Part shown: in pieces, positions 1 through 9,675 of the stretch
Position numbering within the stretch: position 1 is the first letter of the stretch
Layout of the letters: each line of letters opens with the position of its first letter
Origin: an uncultured Clostridia bacterium
GTDB taxonomy: Bacteria; Bacillota; Clostridia; Christensenellales; CAG-917
Direction: 5' to 3'
Length of the DNA stretch: 64,000 nucleotides
NCBI GenBank assembly: GCA_937885645.1
Contig: CALABJ010000017.1
Coordinates: 107,641 to 171,640 of the forward strand
Translations under genes and position numbers: made by a program
The notes under the pieces: generated by a model
What the model was told of the DNA's origin: nothing
The model's input: only the letters and a program-made list of their open reading frames with translations
Database searches by the model: none

Positions 1-884
1 TTGACACGCATTGACTTTCTTTCCACTTGCTTCAAGACAAGTCCACCAAGTCGTGCAGACAACTCCTTCACTCTCTTCACGTTGTCGTAGTAGTCGTATC
101 CAACCAACTCACCTGCTGCGGTGGGAGTGGCTGCGCGGACGTCTGCAACAAAGTCGCAAAGTGAAAAGTCTGTTTCGTGGCCTACTGCAGATATGACAGG
201 AGTTTCCATTTTGTAAACCGCACGAACAAGTGTTTCATCATAGAAAGGTGCAAGGTCTTCAAGAGAGCCTCCCCCTCTTGCGATGATGATTACGTCGAAG
301 CCTAGTCTGTCCACTCTCGCAAGGACACTTGCTATTTCCTTGCCTGCGCCCTCACCCTGCACGCGTACGTCACGGACGACGATGTTGATGACAGGATTCT
401 TTTTGCGGATGGTGGTGACAATGTCTCGTATGACTGCGCCCGTCTTTGAGGTGACAACCAAAACGTTTTTGGGATACTTGGGGATTGGCACTTTGTGGGC
501 TTCGTCAAAGATGCCTTCCTTGGTCAGTTGCTCTTTGAGTTTTTCAAATTGTAAGAAAAGAAGCCCCTTGCCTACGGGGGTGATTGAGGACACTTGCAAA
601 GTCAGTCTTCCACCCTTTACGTAGTAGTCAAGTCTGCCACGAAGGATGACGCTTTCGCCGTCTTTGGGCATATAATCACGTGAGGCATAAAAACGCACAC
701 AGGAAATTTGGGCATTTTGGTCCTTCAAGGTGAAATATGCGTGAGGGCCTGAAAGTTTGTAGCCTGAAATCTCCCCAAAAACTTCCAAACCTTGGAATAT
801 TGGGGCGTCCATACAAGCGTGAATTGTTGCGTTCAATTCACTTACAGATATGGCATTTTTCAAAACAGGCACTTTATCTTCCAT
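1..884 (-). CDS. xseA: Exodeoxyribonuclease VII large subunit, 3' part cut off by the window edge
   Basis: Missing from the ORF track because it runs off the window. My manual reverse translation from the ATG (cat at 882-884) gives MEDKVPVLKNAISVSELN...GRLDYYVKGGRLTLQVSSITPVGKG...VVTSKTGAVIRDI...IARGGGSLEDL...SAVGHETDFSL, which fits XseA. Its position after nusB matches Firmicute synteny. Confidence 0.85.
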   Translation of the reverse strand, partial: MEDKVPVLKNAISVSELNATIHACMDAPIFQGLEVFGEISGYKLSGPHAYFTLKDQNAQISCVRFYASRDYMPKDGESVILRGRLDYYVKGGRLTLQVSSITPVGKGLLFLQFEKLKEQLTKEGIFDEAHKVPIPKYPKNVLVVTSKTGAVIRDIVTTIRKKNPVINIVVRDVRVQGEGAGKEIASVLARVDRLGFDVIIIARGGGSLEDLAPFYDETLVRAVYKMETPVISAVGHETDFSLCDFVADVRAATPTAAGELVGYDYYDNVKRVKELSARLGGLVLKQVERKSMRV

Positions 885-981
885 TTTTGATGTATTATCT
901 TCCTTTTTTGCAACTACAAACGTTTTTTTCGAGTTTTTCCACTGATTTTTGCCTATTTTTGGGCAAAAAAAAACCTATTTT

Positions 982-1371
982 CTAGGTTTTTATCATTTTT
1001 GCAAGGACGCCGTTGACAAACTTGCCCGATTTTTCGGTGCCGTAGCGTTTTGCAAGGTCCACTGCCTCGTTGATGACCACCTTGTCAGGGGCATCTCCCC
1101 TTTCAAGTTCATAAGTGGCAAGCATCAAGACGATGAGGTCGGGACGATAAAGTCTTTCAATGCGATAGTTTTCAAGACGTGCGGAAATCTTCTCTTTCAA
1201 TGAGTCTGCTGAAAGAATGACGCCGTCATAGGTGCGCTTGATATAGTCCTTGTCATCTTCAGTGAAGTCGTCGGCAAGCATCAAAAGTTCTATGCCGTCG
1301 TCGTTGCGCTCGTTCAAAAAGGAATGTTCAAATAAAAGTTTGAAAACTGTTTCTCTTGCGATCTTTCTCAT
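982..1371 (-). CDS. nusB: Transcription antitermination factor NusB
   Basis: 129 aa, MRKIARETVFKLLFE...RLYRPDLIVLMLATYEL...VINEAVDLAKRYG. Typical NusB size and motifs, and it sits in the asp23-nusB-xseA order. Confidence 0.9.
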   Translation of the reverse strand: MRKIARETVFKLLFEHSFLNERNDDGIELLMLADDFTEDDKDYIKRTYDGVILSADSLKEKISARLENYRIERLYRPDLIVLMLATYELERGDAPDKVVINEAVDLAKRYGTEKSGKFVNGVLAKMIKT

Positions 1372-1374
1372 AGG

Positions 1375-1701
1375 TTATTGAGGCAATACGTCCTTGACGT
1401 GGACGTTGATTGAATGTACGTGATATTTGGTTGAGCCTTCAACCTCTGCTTTCACTTTCTCTTGTACTGCTGCAACAAGTGCGGGCACTGTAAATCCAAA
1501 GTGGATGTTGACAGTCAGGTTGATGCTGACTCTGTCGTTGGGCAAAAATTCAACGGAAACTCCGCCTTCACGGATTGATTTCCTGAAGCCGTCTTTGCCA
1601 CGGAGGACGATGACACCCTCCACGCCCATTGCTGCGTCAAAAGCAAGTGATTTGATGACGTCCGAAAATACGGACATATTTTTATTGTTGTCGTTTGCCA
1701 T
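1375..1701 (-). CDS. Asp23/Gls24-family alkaline shock protein
   Basis: MANDNNKNMSVFSDVIKSLAFDAAMGVEGV...INVHVKDV is Asp23-like. The ORF-track start at 1767 is probably too far upstream; there is an ATG at 1701. Confidence 0.8.
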   Translation of the reverse strand: MANDNNKNMSVFSDVIKSLAFDAAMGVEGVIVLRGKDGFRKSIREGGVSVEFLPNDRVSINLTVNIHFGFTVPALVAAVQEKVKAEVEGSTKYHVHSINVHVKDVLPQ

Positions 1702-1785
1702 GGCAGTATTATAACATACTGAAAAATTTATAGCAAGAAAAAAATGAAGCCCACTATACTTCTTCAAATATAATGGGCTTTTCTT

Positions 1786-2274
1786 TTAGTTGTAAGGGAT
1801 GATTTTTACGTCGTTTGCTGTGTAATCCGTTTCGTCTGTGATGATTGCAAGGATTTGAGTGGCTTCCTCTTGGGATAGTTCCTCTGTGCCAACAACCACA
1901 CTGACACCGTTGTCGCCTATTGCCACGATGGCGTCGTCAAAACCCTTTGCTTTGATGAGGGTTTCAAGGGTCAACTCCTGCTCCATTCTCATGACGAGAG
2001 CAAGTTTTTGCTCTTCGGCAAGTGCCTTGCTTTCTGCTGATGAGTCCGCCGATGTGATGATGGCATCAAGATAGAGATACTCTGACTCTCTTGTTGAATC
2101 TCTATCACTGCGGTAAGTTGCAAAGAAGGTTTCAGTGACAGTGTCCGCAGATGCTGGCTCATCTTTTGACAAAAGTTTGTCGTTGAGTGCCCAGTTGAGC
2201 ACACCTGTTGCCACAAGCAAAACCACCATAACTGACAGGACGATTGCTTTTTTTGTTCTTGGTTTTATTTTCAT
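1786..2274 (-). CDS. spoIIIAH: Stage III sporulation protein AH
   Basis: Last gene of the contiguous spoIIIA operon. One N-terminal TM helix followed by a soluble domain, 162 aa. Confidence 0.8.
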   Translation of the reverse strand: MKIKPRTKKAIVLSVMVVLLVATGVLNWALNDKLLSKDEPASADTVTETFFATYRSDRDSTRESEYLYLDAIITSADSSAESKALAEEQKLALVMRMEQELTLETLIKAKGFDDAIVAIGDNGVSVVVGTEELSQEEATQILAIITDETDYTANDVKIIPYN

Positions 2275-2282
2275 AACTCCTC

Positions 2283-2687
2283 CTAAACTTGTTCCATTTG
2301 ATATACTTCAACAACGCTCTTGTCAACACCCATAACCGTGGACGTGGCGTCTAAAAGTTTCAGCATTACTCCTATATCTTTTGCCCCTTCTGCCACCACA
2401 AGGACTCCTGTGACTACGCCGTCCTCACGGACTATCATCACTTCCACCTGCCCTGCCCCCTCAATTGAGGACAGCACCTTTGAAAGCCGTGTTTCTTCTT
2501 CGTCCATAACGATGCTTACTTCTTCCGTCTTTTTTTCGCTTACACCAGAGTATATGATGAGGGCTAGGGCGATTATGATTGCAGAGATGACAAGTCGTAG
2601 TTTTTTTGAGCGGAAAACCTTTTTCACAAAAGGATTGTCCTTTATTTTGTCAAGGACTGCCGCCCGTCTGTTGTCAACCACTTCCAT
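2283..2687 (-). CDS. spoIIIAG: Stage III sporulation protein AG
   Basis: 134 aa with one TM helix and a C-terminal VEVMIV...GVLVVAEGA motif. Operon position fits. Confidence 0.85.
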   Translation of the reverse strand: MEVVDNRRAAVLDKIKDNPFVKKVFRSKKLRLVISAIIIALALIIYSGVSEKKTEEVSIVMDEEETRLSKVLSSIEGAGQVEVMIVREDGVVTGVLVVAEGAKDIGVMLKLLDATSTVMGVDKSVVEVYQMEQV

Positions 2688-3153
2688 CTTCTACACCCAC
2701 TGATATTTTGTCCTCGTCCACTCCAGTGACCTTGGCTAGGGTGGATTTCACCCTTGATATATGTGTATTCTCTTCGCTGGCGGTTATGCCTGAAAGAAAG
2801 ATTTTCACTGAAATCATCTCAACATCTTTCACACTTCCCTCTTTTACGACAACTTTCACCTCTGCCTTGTAGCCCTCTTTCAAAAGGATTTGTTCAAGAT
2901 TGTTTTCAAGATTGCTTTCGTATTCCTCACCCTGTGAGGTGAGATAGGCGCTGTCAATTTCATAACTTACGCCGTCAAAAACAAACTCAAAATCACCGCC
3001 GAATATCTTTGGCAAGGGGGCTATCACCGCCACGATAACCAATAGTGAAAAAGCACCGCGGACGTATTTGGTGATTTGTCCGTCTGGCAGGACGATTTCT
3101 AGAAGAAGCCCTAGTGCTATTATCCCTACAATCCCAAGAAGCCACTCACTCAC
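2674..3153 (-). CDS. spoIIIAF: Stage III sporulation protein AF
   Basis: 159 aa with two N-terminal TM helices (MSEWLLGIVGIIALGLLLEIVLP). Operon position fits. Confidence 0.85.
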   Translation of the reverse strand: MSEWLLGIVGIIALGLLLEIVLPDGQITKYVRGAFSLLVIVAVIAPLPKIFGGDFEFVFDGVSYEIDSAYLTSQGEEYESNLENNLEQILLKEGYKAEVKVVVKEGSVKDVEMISVKIFLSGITASEENTHISRVKSTLAKVTGVDEDKISVGVEDGSG

Positions 3154-3154
3154 G

Positions 3155-4360
3155 CTACACCCCGTTGAATACGCCTATGACAAGCATAATAAGAACGAAA
3201 AACATAAACGCCACCCCTGCAAGAGCGGATATGAGAAGTGAGCAGTTGTCTGCAACCGTGGACAGCATATTTGACACTCTGTCGTCACCTATTGGCTCTG
3301 CCACCGCTGAGGCAAGGCGCAGTGAAAAGATGAATACCACAATCTTCAAAAGAGGAAACATAACCGTTGCAACAAGGACTATGACTGCAGTGTAGCCAAA
3401 GGCGTTTTTCACCAGCATCATTGATGCACCGACTAGGTCAAAGCCGTCTGAAAGATAACCGCCTAAGATAGGCACGTAGCTTGAAAGAGCAAATTTTGCC
3501 GCACTGTACCCTACTTTGTCCACAACTCCCCCTGCTATGCCACCTACGGTGAGGAAAGTGCCGTAAAGCCCAAACACTATGCCTATAAGCCAACTGGACA
3601 CTGACTTGAACATTTTGTTCATTTTGGTCAGTTTTACGTTTTTGGACAGGTTGCCAACTACCGCAAACACCACGCAAGCAATAAATGCTGGCAAAATCAC
3701 CTTTGATATGAGTGCCATAACTCCGCCCCCTAGCACTGCCATCATAGGTTGATAGGTGGCAACTCCCGTTGTTGCACCAAGCCCTGCAAGCAAGGTGAGA
3801 AGCACTGGAAATACGCCCTCTGCAAAGGCGGTCATATTGTTTATGGTGGTGACTGTCACCTGCACTACGCTGACTATGGCTGAGGACAAAACTACAACTA
3901 TCACTGCATAGCACACTACGTGGACAATCTCGCTGGTGCCTGTCTTCAAAAACCCTGAGGTCATGCCTGACAGCATACTTTTCAAGAGGGATACCACTAA
4001 AATTGTGATAATAGCGGGCAGAAAACCTACGAAATATTTGCCTAGGGACTTTAATAGTGCGGTGAGAAAGTTTGAAAAGAAGTCCTCTGTTTCACCCTTT
4101 GTAAGCCCTTTGATAAACTCCTTCAAGTCGTGAAAAGGCACTGCGGATTTTTGCTCATCTTCTAGTGAATCCAAAAACCGCTGAAAGGCGTCTGTGTCAA
4201 GGTTTTCTATGGCTTTCACCGTGCTTGAAGACAAGTTGTCAAAAAGGTCATCTTCGTCTTTTGCGACAGCAACTCCTTCACTTGAAAAAAGGGCTAGCGT
4301 AATCACCGCCGCCGTCAAAAACAAAAATGTTGCTCTCCACTTCCCTTTCACCTTTTTCAT
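3155..4360 (-). CDS. spoIIIAE: Stage III sporulation protein AE
   Basis: 401 aa with a signal-like N-terminus followed by a polytopic membrane domain. Operon position fits. Confidence 0.9.
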   Translation of the reverse strand: MKKVKGKWRATFLFLTAAVITLALFSSEGVAVAKDEDDLFDNLSSSTVKAIENLDTDAFQRFLDSLEDEQKSAVPFHDLKEFIKGLTKGETEDFFSNFLTALLKSLGKYFVGFLPAIITILVVSLLKSMLSGMTSGFLKTGTSEIVHVVCYAVIVVVLSSAIVSVVQVTVTTINNMTAFAEGVFPVLLTLLAGLGATTGVATYQPMMAVLGGGVMALISKVILPAFIACVVFAVVGNLSKNVKLTKMNKMFKSVSSWLIGIVFGLYGTFLTVGGIAGGVVDKVGYSAAKFALSSYVPILGGYLSDGFDLVGASMMLVKNAFGYTAVIVLVATVMFPLLKIVVFIFSLRLASAVAEPIGDDRVSNMLSTVADNCSLLISALAGVAFMFFVLIMLVIGVFNGV

Positions 4361-4746
4361 ACCATATTTACAAGTTCCGTCACCACATCTATCAAGGCAG
4401 ACACAATGGATATGCTCATTGCAAAAATGGTCAGTTTGCCTCCAAACTGCAACTTTGATGCGATACTCCCACAGCCTGCATCGTTGGCTATTGACGATGA
4501 ATACTCGGTGAGATAGCCTATGCCTATGATTTTCAGCACGGCGGTGAAAATGCCCTCGTCAACTCCGCTCTTTTTCACAATTTTGTCAAAGGATAATATG
4601 ACGTCTTGAAGGGTGGACAACAGCAATATCACCATAACAACTCCCGTCACTATGGTGGCAAACACCGCAAACTCCGGTTTGGTGGACTTCAAAAGCAACA
4701 CTACCACCACTCCTATCAAGGCTATTGAAATCAGTTTGAATATCAT
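4357..4746 (-). CDS. spoIIIAD: Stage III sporulation protein AD
   Basis: 129-aa polytopic membrane protein between AC and AE. It overlaps AE by 4 nt. Confidence 0.9.
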   Translation of the reverse strand: MIFKLISIALIGVVVVLLLKSTKPEFAVFATIVTGVVMVILLLSTLQDVILSFDKIVKKSGVDEGIFTAVLKIIGIGYLTEYSSSIANDAGCGSIASKLQFGGKLTIFAMSISIVSALIDVVTELVNMV

Positions 4747-4943
4747 CAGTACAAGGACAGCAAGGATTTGATGGTGTCAAAAAGTCCGCTTATCATGTCT
4801 ATCACAAGGACTATGACAACGATGAGCCCTGCAAGGGTTGCAAAAGTGGCGACGTCATCTCTGTCGCTCTTTTTGAGAATCATACTGACTATGGCAGTCA
4901 ATATGCCTATGCCTGCAATTTTCAAAATTATATCAATGCCCAT
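4746..4943 (-). CDS. spoIIIAC: Stage III sporulation protein AC
   Basis: 65 aa, MGIDIILKIAGIGILTAIV..., closely resembling SpoIIIAC. Confidence 0.9.
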   Translation of the reverse strand: MGIDIILKIAGIGILTAIVSMILKKSDRDDVATFATLAGLIVVIVLVIDMISGLFDTIKSLLSLY

Positions 4944-4944
4944 A

Positions 4945-5454
4945 CTAGCCCAATATCACAAGGAGTGCCACCCCAAGAAGGGCAAACAACTTGAAGTACA
5001 TACTCCCCTTTTTCTTCATATCTTCCTCCGCCTGTTTTAGACGAGAGGTGAAAGCACCATTGCATTTGTCAACAAAAGATATTTGCTCGGTGAGAGAGGT
5101 TTTGCCTATGCCCTGCAAAAAGTGGAGAATTTCGCTCTTTTCCTCCTTTTTCAAGTGCAAAACTTCCCATTTGTCTAGGTCGCGGTCAAACTTACCTTTG
5201 GTGGTCAGGTCGGTTTGGTATTCCTTGACTACGTCAACCCACTTGCCCTTTTTGTCCTTAACGTACTTGGTGCAGAAGTCGGTGACCGTTGGCATACTGA
5301 AAGACAACTCTCCCTTGAAAACTCCGCAAAACTCCACTAAATCCTTGTAGAATTTCACCTTTTCGGCGTATCCTCTCTTCACCATAAGCCCTATATAAGT
5401 GGACACAAGGGCAAGCACGCCCCCTGCCACAAACCGCAAAATCTCACTTTTCAT
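4945..5454 (-). CDS. spoIIIAB: Stage III sporulation protein AB
   Basis: 169 aa with TM helices at both the N- and C-terminus. Operon position fits. Confidence 0.85.
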   Translation of the reverse strand: MKSEILRFVAGGVLALVSTYIGLMVKRGYAEKVKFYKDLVEFCGVFKGELSFSMPTVTDFCTKYVKDKKGKWVDVVKEYQTDLTTKGKFDRDLDKWEVLHLKKEEKSEILHFLQGIGKTSLTEQISFVDKCNGAFTSRLKQAEEDMKKKGSMYFKLFALLGVALLVILG

Positions 5455-6331
5455 ATATTGACACTATCTTTCCTATGGGTGCAAGGGTGACAAAACACTG
5501 AAAACACTCCTCTATCCCAACGAAAGTTTCACTGCGTTTCAAATCATCCAAATTTTTGCCGTGGACTGAGGCAAACACCTTGACGCCACACCTCATAATG
5601 TCCTTGACCGCCTCGATATCTTCACGGCGGAATAACTCGTCTGTGACGATAAGCTGAGGTGAGGATGACCGCACGGCAAACTCGTAGGCTACCGCCTTTG
5701 ACACTCCGCTCATAACTTCGCTTTCACCAAGGTCTAGAGTGCCGTCAACACCCCCTAACTCAAACCTTTCATCTATGACAAGGGTGTTGAGGTGTGAGGA
5801 CACTTGCCGTGCCATATCACGAAGCAGAGTTGTTTTCCCTGCCCCGGGCGGTGATATGACAAGGGTGGATTTCAAGTGGGAATAGCCATCGCCTACAACC
5901 CTTTCTGTCACTTTGTCCGCACAGCCTTTCACCTCATGTGGAATGCGAAGCACAAGGGCGTTTACGTCCTTTACAGTGACAATTCTGCCCCCTTCAACAA
6001 CTCCCCTGCCCACAACTCCTATTCGTATGCCGTCCTTGACAAGATAGCCTTTTGTCAGTTGGTCGTTGACGGCGTAGATAGAAAAATCACTGGCAATGCC
6101 AAGCACCCTATCTACGTCGTCACGGGTGACAACGTAAACTCCGCTCTCAGTCCGTGGACAACACCTTACACCCCCTTGAAAGAGGATTAGAGGCTTGCCA
6201 ACACGAAGCCTAACCTCGGTGACTAAACCCTCGTCAAAGCCCTCTAAAACCCTTTCAAGACGTCCGTCTATAAGTCCGCGAAACATACTAAAAGATATGT
6301 GGTGGCAGTGAGCAAAATTCAGCGGTGACAA
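5444..6331 (-). CDS. spoIIIAA: Stage III sporulation protein AA (AAA+ ATPase)
   Basis: Walker A ISPPGAGKTTLLRD and Walker B LIVTDE. The track start is a TTG; an ATG at 6286 (MFRGLIDG...) is an alternative start. Confidence 0.9.
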   Translation of the reverse strand: MSPLNFAHCHHISFSMFRGLIDGRLERVLEGFDEGLVTEVRLRVGKPLILFQGGVRCCPRTESGVYVVTRDDVDRVLGIASDFSIYAVNDQLTKGYLVKDGIRIGVVGRGVVEGGRIVTVKDVNALVLRIPHEVKGCADKVTERVVGDGYSHLKSTLVISPPGAGKTTLLRDMARQVSSHLNTLVIDERFELGGVDGTLDLGESEVMSGVSKAVAYEFAVRSSSPQLIVTDELFRREDIEAVKDIMRCGVKVFASVHGKNLDDLKRSETFVGIEECFQCFVTLAPIGKIVSIYEK

Positions 6332-6489
6332 AGCAAGACAAAATCCGTCAAATAAAAAGTGCGCTCAAATGATTTTTGAGCAAAATTCACCTTGTATATA
6401 ATGTAAACTTAAACAAGCGATAACTATATTAAATTATCGTGTGCGGGCACGCGCAAGTGAATTTTTTATTCGTTTTCATTTTTTTGGCA

Positions 6490-6515
6490 ATAAAAAACCC
6501 ACTCCGTGGAGTGGG
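6490..6515 (-). terminator. efp terminator
   Basis: CCCACTCC-GT-GGAGTGGG stem followed by TTTTTT on the minus strand. Confidence 0.75.
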
Positions 6516-6540
6516 CGTTTTATAAACACAGGGGTTTAGA

Positions 6541-7104
6541 TTAGACACGTGACATATATTCGCCTGTTCTTGTGTCAATGCGGATGGTGTCGCCTTCGTT
6601 GACAAACATAGGAACCATAAGTTCGTAGCCAGTTTCAACGGTTGCGGGTTTGGTTGCGTTGGTTGCGGTGTTGCCAACAACTGCGGGTTCGCAAATGGTG
6701 ATGAGGAGTTCAACAAAGTTTTCGGGTTCAACTGAGAAGGGTGAGCCTTGGAAGAACTTCATCTTCACGGTGCCGTTTTCTTTGACGAATTGGAGTGCGT
6801 CTTCAACTTGGCTGTGGTTCAAAGGAATTTGCTCGTAGGTTTCTTTGTCCATGAAGTAGTAGAATTCGCCATCGGTGTAGAGATATTCCATTTCCTTTGT
6901 TTCGATGTGTGCAAGTTCAAGTTTGTCGGTGGGGTTGAAGGTGTTTTCAAGAGTTCTGCCATCAACGACGTTCTTCATCTTTGTACGGACGAATGCTGCG
7001 CCTTTGCCGGGTTTGACGTGTTGGAACTCGACGATGGTCATGATTTTGCCTTCATACAAAAAGGTCACGCCTTTTCTGATGTCGCCTGCCATAATTTGTG
7101 CCAT
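6541..7104 (-). CDS. efp: Translation elongation factor P
   Basis: 187 aa, ...[20 protein letters not shown]...; an AGGAG Shine-Dalgarno lies 9 nt upstream of the ATG. Confidence 0.95.
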   Translation of the reverse strand: MAQIMAGDIRKGVTFLYEGKIMTIVEFQHVKPGKGAAFVRTKMKNVVDGRTLENTFNPTDKLELAHIETKEMEYLYTDGEFYYFMDKETYEQIPLNHSQVEDALQFVKENGTVKMKFFQGSPFSVEPENFVELLITICEPAVVGNTATNATKPATVETGYELMVPMFVNEGDTIRIDTRTGEYMSRV

Positions 7105-7153
7105 AATATTTTTCTCCTGTTAATTAAATTTCTTATTTGTCGCCAGAGGCGGA

Positions 7154-7855
7154 TTATTTGATGGTGATGAGTTCAACCGGTTGACGGCTGACGGGACCCT
7201 TTGTGCCAACGATGATCATATTTTCAATGCGGACGCCAAGTTTGTCTTGGAGATAGATGCCGGGCTCGATGGTGATGACTTCCCCATTTTTGAGGAATTC
7301 TTCACTGCGTGCGTTGACAGTGGGTTTTTCGTGGATTTCTGTGCCTACGCCGTGGCCTGTGCCATGGATGTAGTTGTCGCCATATCCACAAAGTGAGATA
7401 TAGTCGCGGGTGAGAGCATCAACTGCCTTGCAAGATGCGCCTTCCTTGACGCCGTCCATGCCAAGCTGGTATGCCTTCAATACGATTTCATAGACCTTTC
7501 TTTGTTCGTCAGTGATGTCACCGTATGCCATTGTGCGGGTGAAATCTGAGCAGTAGCCATCATAGATTGCGCCCATATCGATAGTGATGAGGTCGCCCCA
7601 CTTAAGTTTTGTGTCGGTGGGAACGTGGTGAGGTTCGCATCCGCCTGCGCCAAACGCTACGATTGTGTCAAAGGACACGTCTGAGCCACCAAGTTCAAGG
7701 ACCTTTGCTTTGATTTTGTCTGCGATTTCAATCTCGGTGACACCTGCTTTCAGTTCACCAAGAATATAATCAAAGACGTCGTCAATGATTTCTGCTGCTT
7801 TTACGATTTTTGCTATTTCTTCTGCGGTTTTGACCGTGGTCACGTTATTTTGCAT
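7154..7855 (-). CDS. M24-family metallopeptidase (Xaa-Pro peptidase-like, catalytic domain only)
   Basis: 233 aa with pita-bread-fold metal-ligand motifs (DFTRT, IDMG, GHGVG, EPG, ENM). Upstream of efp, as yqhT is in Bacillus. No N-terminal creatinase-like domain. Confidence 0.8.
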   Translation of the reverse strand: MQNNVTTVKTAEEIAKIVKAAEIIDDVFDYILGELKAGVTEIEIADKIKAKVLELGGSDVSFDTIVAFGAGGCEPHHVPTDTKLKWGDLITIDMGAIYDGYCSDFTRTMAYGDITDEQRKVYEIVLKAYQLGMDGVKEGASCKAVDALTRDYISLCGYGDNYIHGTGHGVGTEIHEKPTVNARSEEFLKNGEVITIEPGIYLQDKLGVRIENMIIVGTKGPVSRQPVELITIK

Positions 7856-9458
7856 ATTCTACACTTCTCACTTCACGGATTACGTTGACTTTGATTTGGC
7901 CGGGATATTCCAGTTCATTTTCAAGCTTTTCAGCAATTTCCTTTGCAAGGAACACTGTTGCTTCGTCATTGACTTGTTCGGGCTTGACGAGAACGCGGAT
8001 TTCTCTGCCTGCTTGCACTGCGAAGGTTTGTTCCACACCGTCAAAGGACTTGGCGAGGACTTCCAACTTTTCAATACGCTTGACGTAGTTTTCAAGAGAT
8101 TCACGACGTGCGCCGGGACGTGCTGATGAAATTGCGTCTGCTGCTTGGACGAGGACTGCTGAAATGGTTTCAGGTTCTACGTCGTTGTGGTGGGCAGCGA
8201 TTGCATGGATGACTTCACCACTTTCACGATATTTCTTGGCAAGGTCAACACCAATTTGGATGTGTGTGCCTTCCACTTCGTGGTCGATTGCTTTACCTAT
8301 GTCGTGGAGCAAACCTGCTCTCTTTGCAACTCTGGGATCAATGCCCAACTCTTGTGCCATAAGTGAGGCAAGATAGGACACTTCCAATGAGTGCTTGAGG
8401 ACGTTTTGGCCATAGCTGGTGCGGTATTTAAGTCTGCCGAGGATCTTGACGATTTCGGGGTGGACGCCGTGGAGTCCTGCTTCAAACACTGCTTCTTCAC
8501 CTGCTTCCTTGATGCCTGCTTCAACTTCTTTGCGGATTTTGTCTGCGATTTCTTCAATGCGTGCAGGGTGAATACGTCCGTCTGCGATGAGTTTTTCAAG
8601 GGTGAGTCTTGCCACTTCTCTTCTCACAGGGTCAAAACTTGACAATGTGATGACGTCGGGAGTGTCATCGATGATGAGGTCAACACCGGTGGCTGATTCC
8701 AATGCGCGGATGTTGCGACCCATTCTGCCGATGATTCTGCCCTTCATTTCGTCACTGGGCAGTGCAACAACTGAAACTGTGTTTTCAGTTGCGTGGTCTG
8801 CTGCGCAACGTTGAATTGCAAGACCGATAATGTTTTGTGCTTCCTTCACTGCATTGTCTTTGACGTCTGCAATGAGTTGTTTGGCTTCTGCTGTTGCACG
8901 CTTTTTGACCCCTTCGAGAAGTGCATCTTTCAGTTCTTGTGATGCCTCTTCCTTGGTCATGCCTGCCACACGTTCAAGTTCCTTTTGGACACTTTCTTGT
9001 GCCACGTTCAGTTCTTGCTCGACTGCTTTCAGCCTTTCTTTGTTTTCTTCAAGGGCTTTTTGAGCCTTTTCGAGGTCTTCCAGTTTTCTGTCAAGAGTTT
9101 GTTCCTTCTTGTCAATGGAATCCTCTTTCTTTTCAAGTGCCGCTTCCTTTTGGGCAAGACGATTTTCAGTACGTTGCCAGTCGGCTCTGCGTTCCTTTGT
9201 TTCCTTTTCAAACTCTGAACGCATTCTGTTTTGTTGTTCTTTTGCTTCGAGAAGACCGTCCTTGCGGATGTCTTTTGCTTCGAGATTTGCTTCTTCTATG
9301 ATTCTTGCTGCTTCTCTCTTTGCCACGCCAATTTTGTTTTGTGAATACAATCTATACACAAACAGCCCGATAAGCGCACCTACAACGAGGGTTGCTATGG
9401 CTATTCCAACAACAGGACCGGCGTCAAGTGCAGCAAGCAAAATGAGATTGCTTGTCAT
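7845..9458 (-). CDS. rny: Ribonuclease Y
   Basis: N-terminal TM helix, coiled coil, KH domain ([15 protein letters not shown]) and HD domain (LLHDIGKA). The ATG at 9458 with GGAGG 6 nt upstream is preferred over the GTG at 9461. Confidence 0.95.
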   Translation of the reverse strand: MTSNLILLAALDAGPVVGIAIATLVVGALIGLFVYRLYSQNKIGVAKREAARIIEEANLEAKDIRKDGLLEAKEQQNRMRSEFEKETKERRADWQRTENRLAQKEAALEKKEDSIDKKEQTLDRKLEDLEKAQKALEENKERLKAVEQELNVAQESVQKELERVAGMTKEEASQELKDALLEGVKKRATAEAKQLIADVKDNAVKEAQNIIGLAIQRCAADHATENTVSVVALPSDEMKGRIIGRMGRNIRALESATGVDLIIDDTPDVITLSSFDPVRREVARLTLEKLIADGRIHPARIEEIADKIRKEVEAGIKEAGEEAVFEAGLHGVHPEIVKILGRLKYRTSYGQNVLKHSLEVSYLASLMAQELGIDPRVAKRAGLLHDIGKAIDHEVEGTHIQIGVDLAKKYRESGEVIHAIAAHHNDVEPETISAVLVQAADAISSARPGARRESLENYVKRIEKLEVLAKSFDGVEQTFAVQAGREIRVLVKPEQVNDEATVFLAKEIAEKLENELEYPGQIKVNVIREVRSVEYAK

Positions 9459-9480
9459 CACTGACCTCCATATATATTAT

Positions 9481-9498
9481 CAAGAGATAAATCTCTTG
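9481..9498. promoter_or_regulatory. Perfect 8+8 palindrome in the rny 5' leader
   Basis: CAAGAGAT-AA-ATCTCTTG lies immediately downstream of the rny -10 box. Confidence 0.5.
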
Positions 9499-9506
9499 TT
9501 ATCAAC

Positions 9507-9535
9507 ATTATAGAACACAATAGTTCAATAGTCAA
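9507..9535 (-). promoter_or_regulatory. Sigma-A promoter of rny
   Basis: TTGACT, 17 nt, TATAAT. Confidence 0.75.
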
Positions 9536-9675
9536 TTTTTTCGGCGCTCATAATACACAAAAAAAGCATATTATAAGCACTTACGTGCGCGTATTCGGGG
9601 ATAAAATGGCTTTTCAGCACGAAAACGCCACTTCTCCCTCAATACATTTGATGCTTAAAGTGGTCAGGTCAATGA

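Noticed and set aside
6332-6540. SigE-type promoter for spoIIIA, and likewise upstream of spoIVA at 61342-61384 (GTCATAG...GCATAAGGT)
   Set aside because: ATA/CATA-like elements are present, but the spacing and matches are ambiguous when read by eye. I did not annotate them as features. The hairpin GCTCAAA-TGAT-TTTGAGC at 6363-6380 in the spoIIIA leader is real, but I cannot interpret it.
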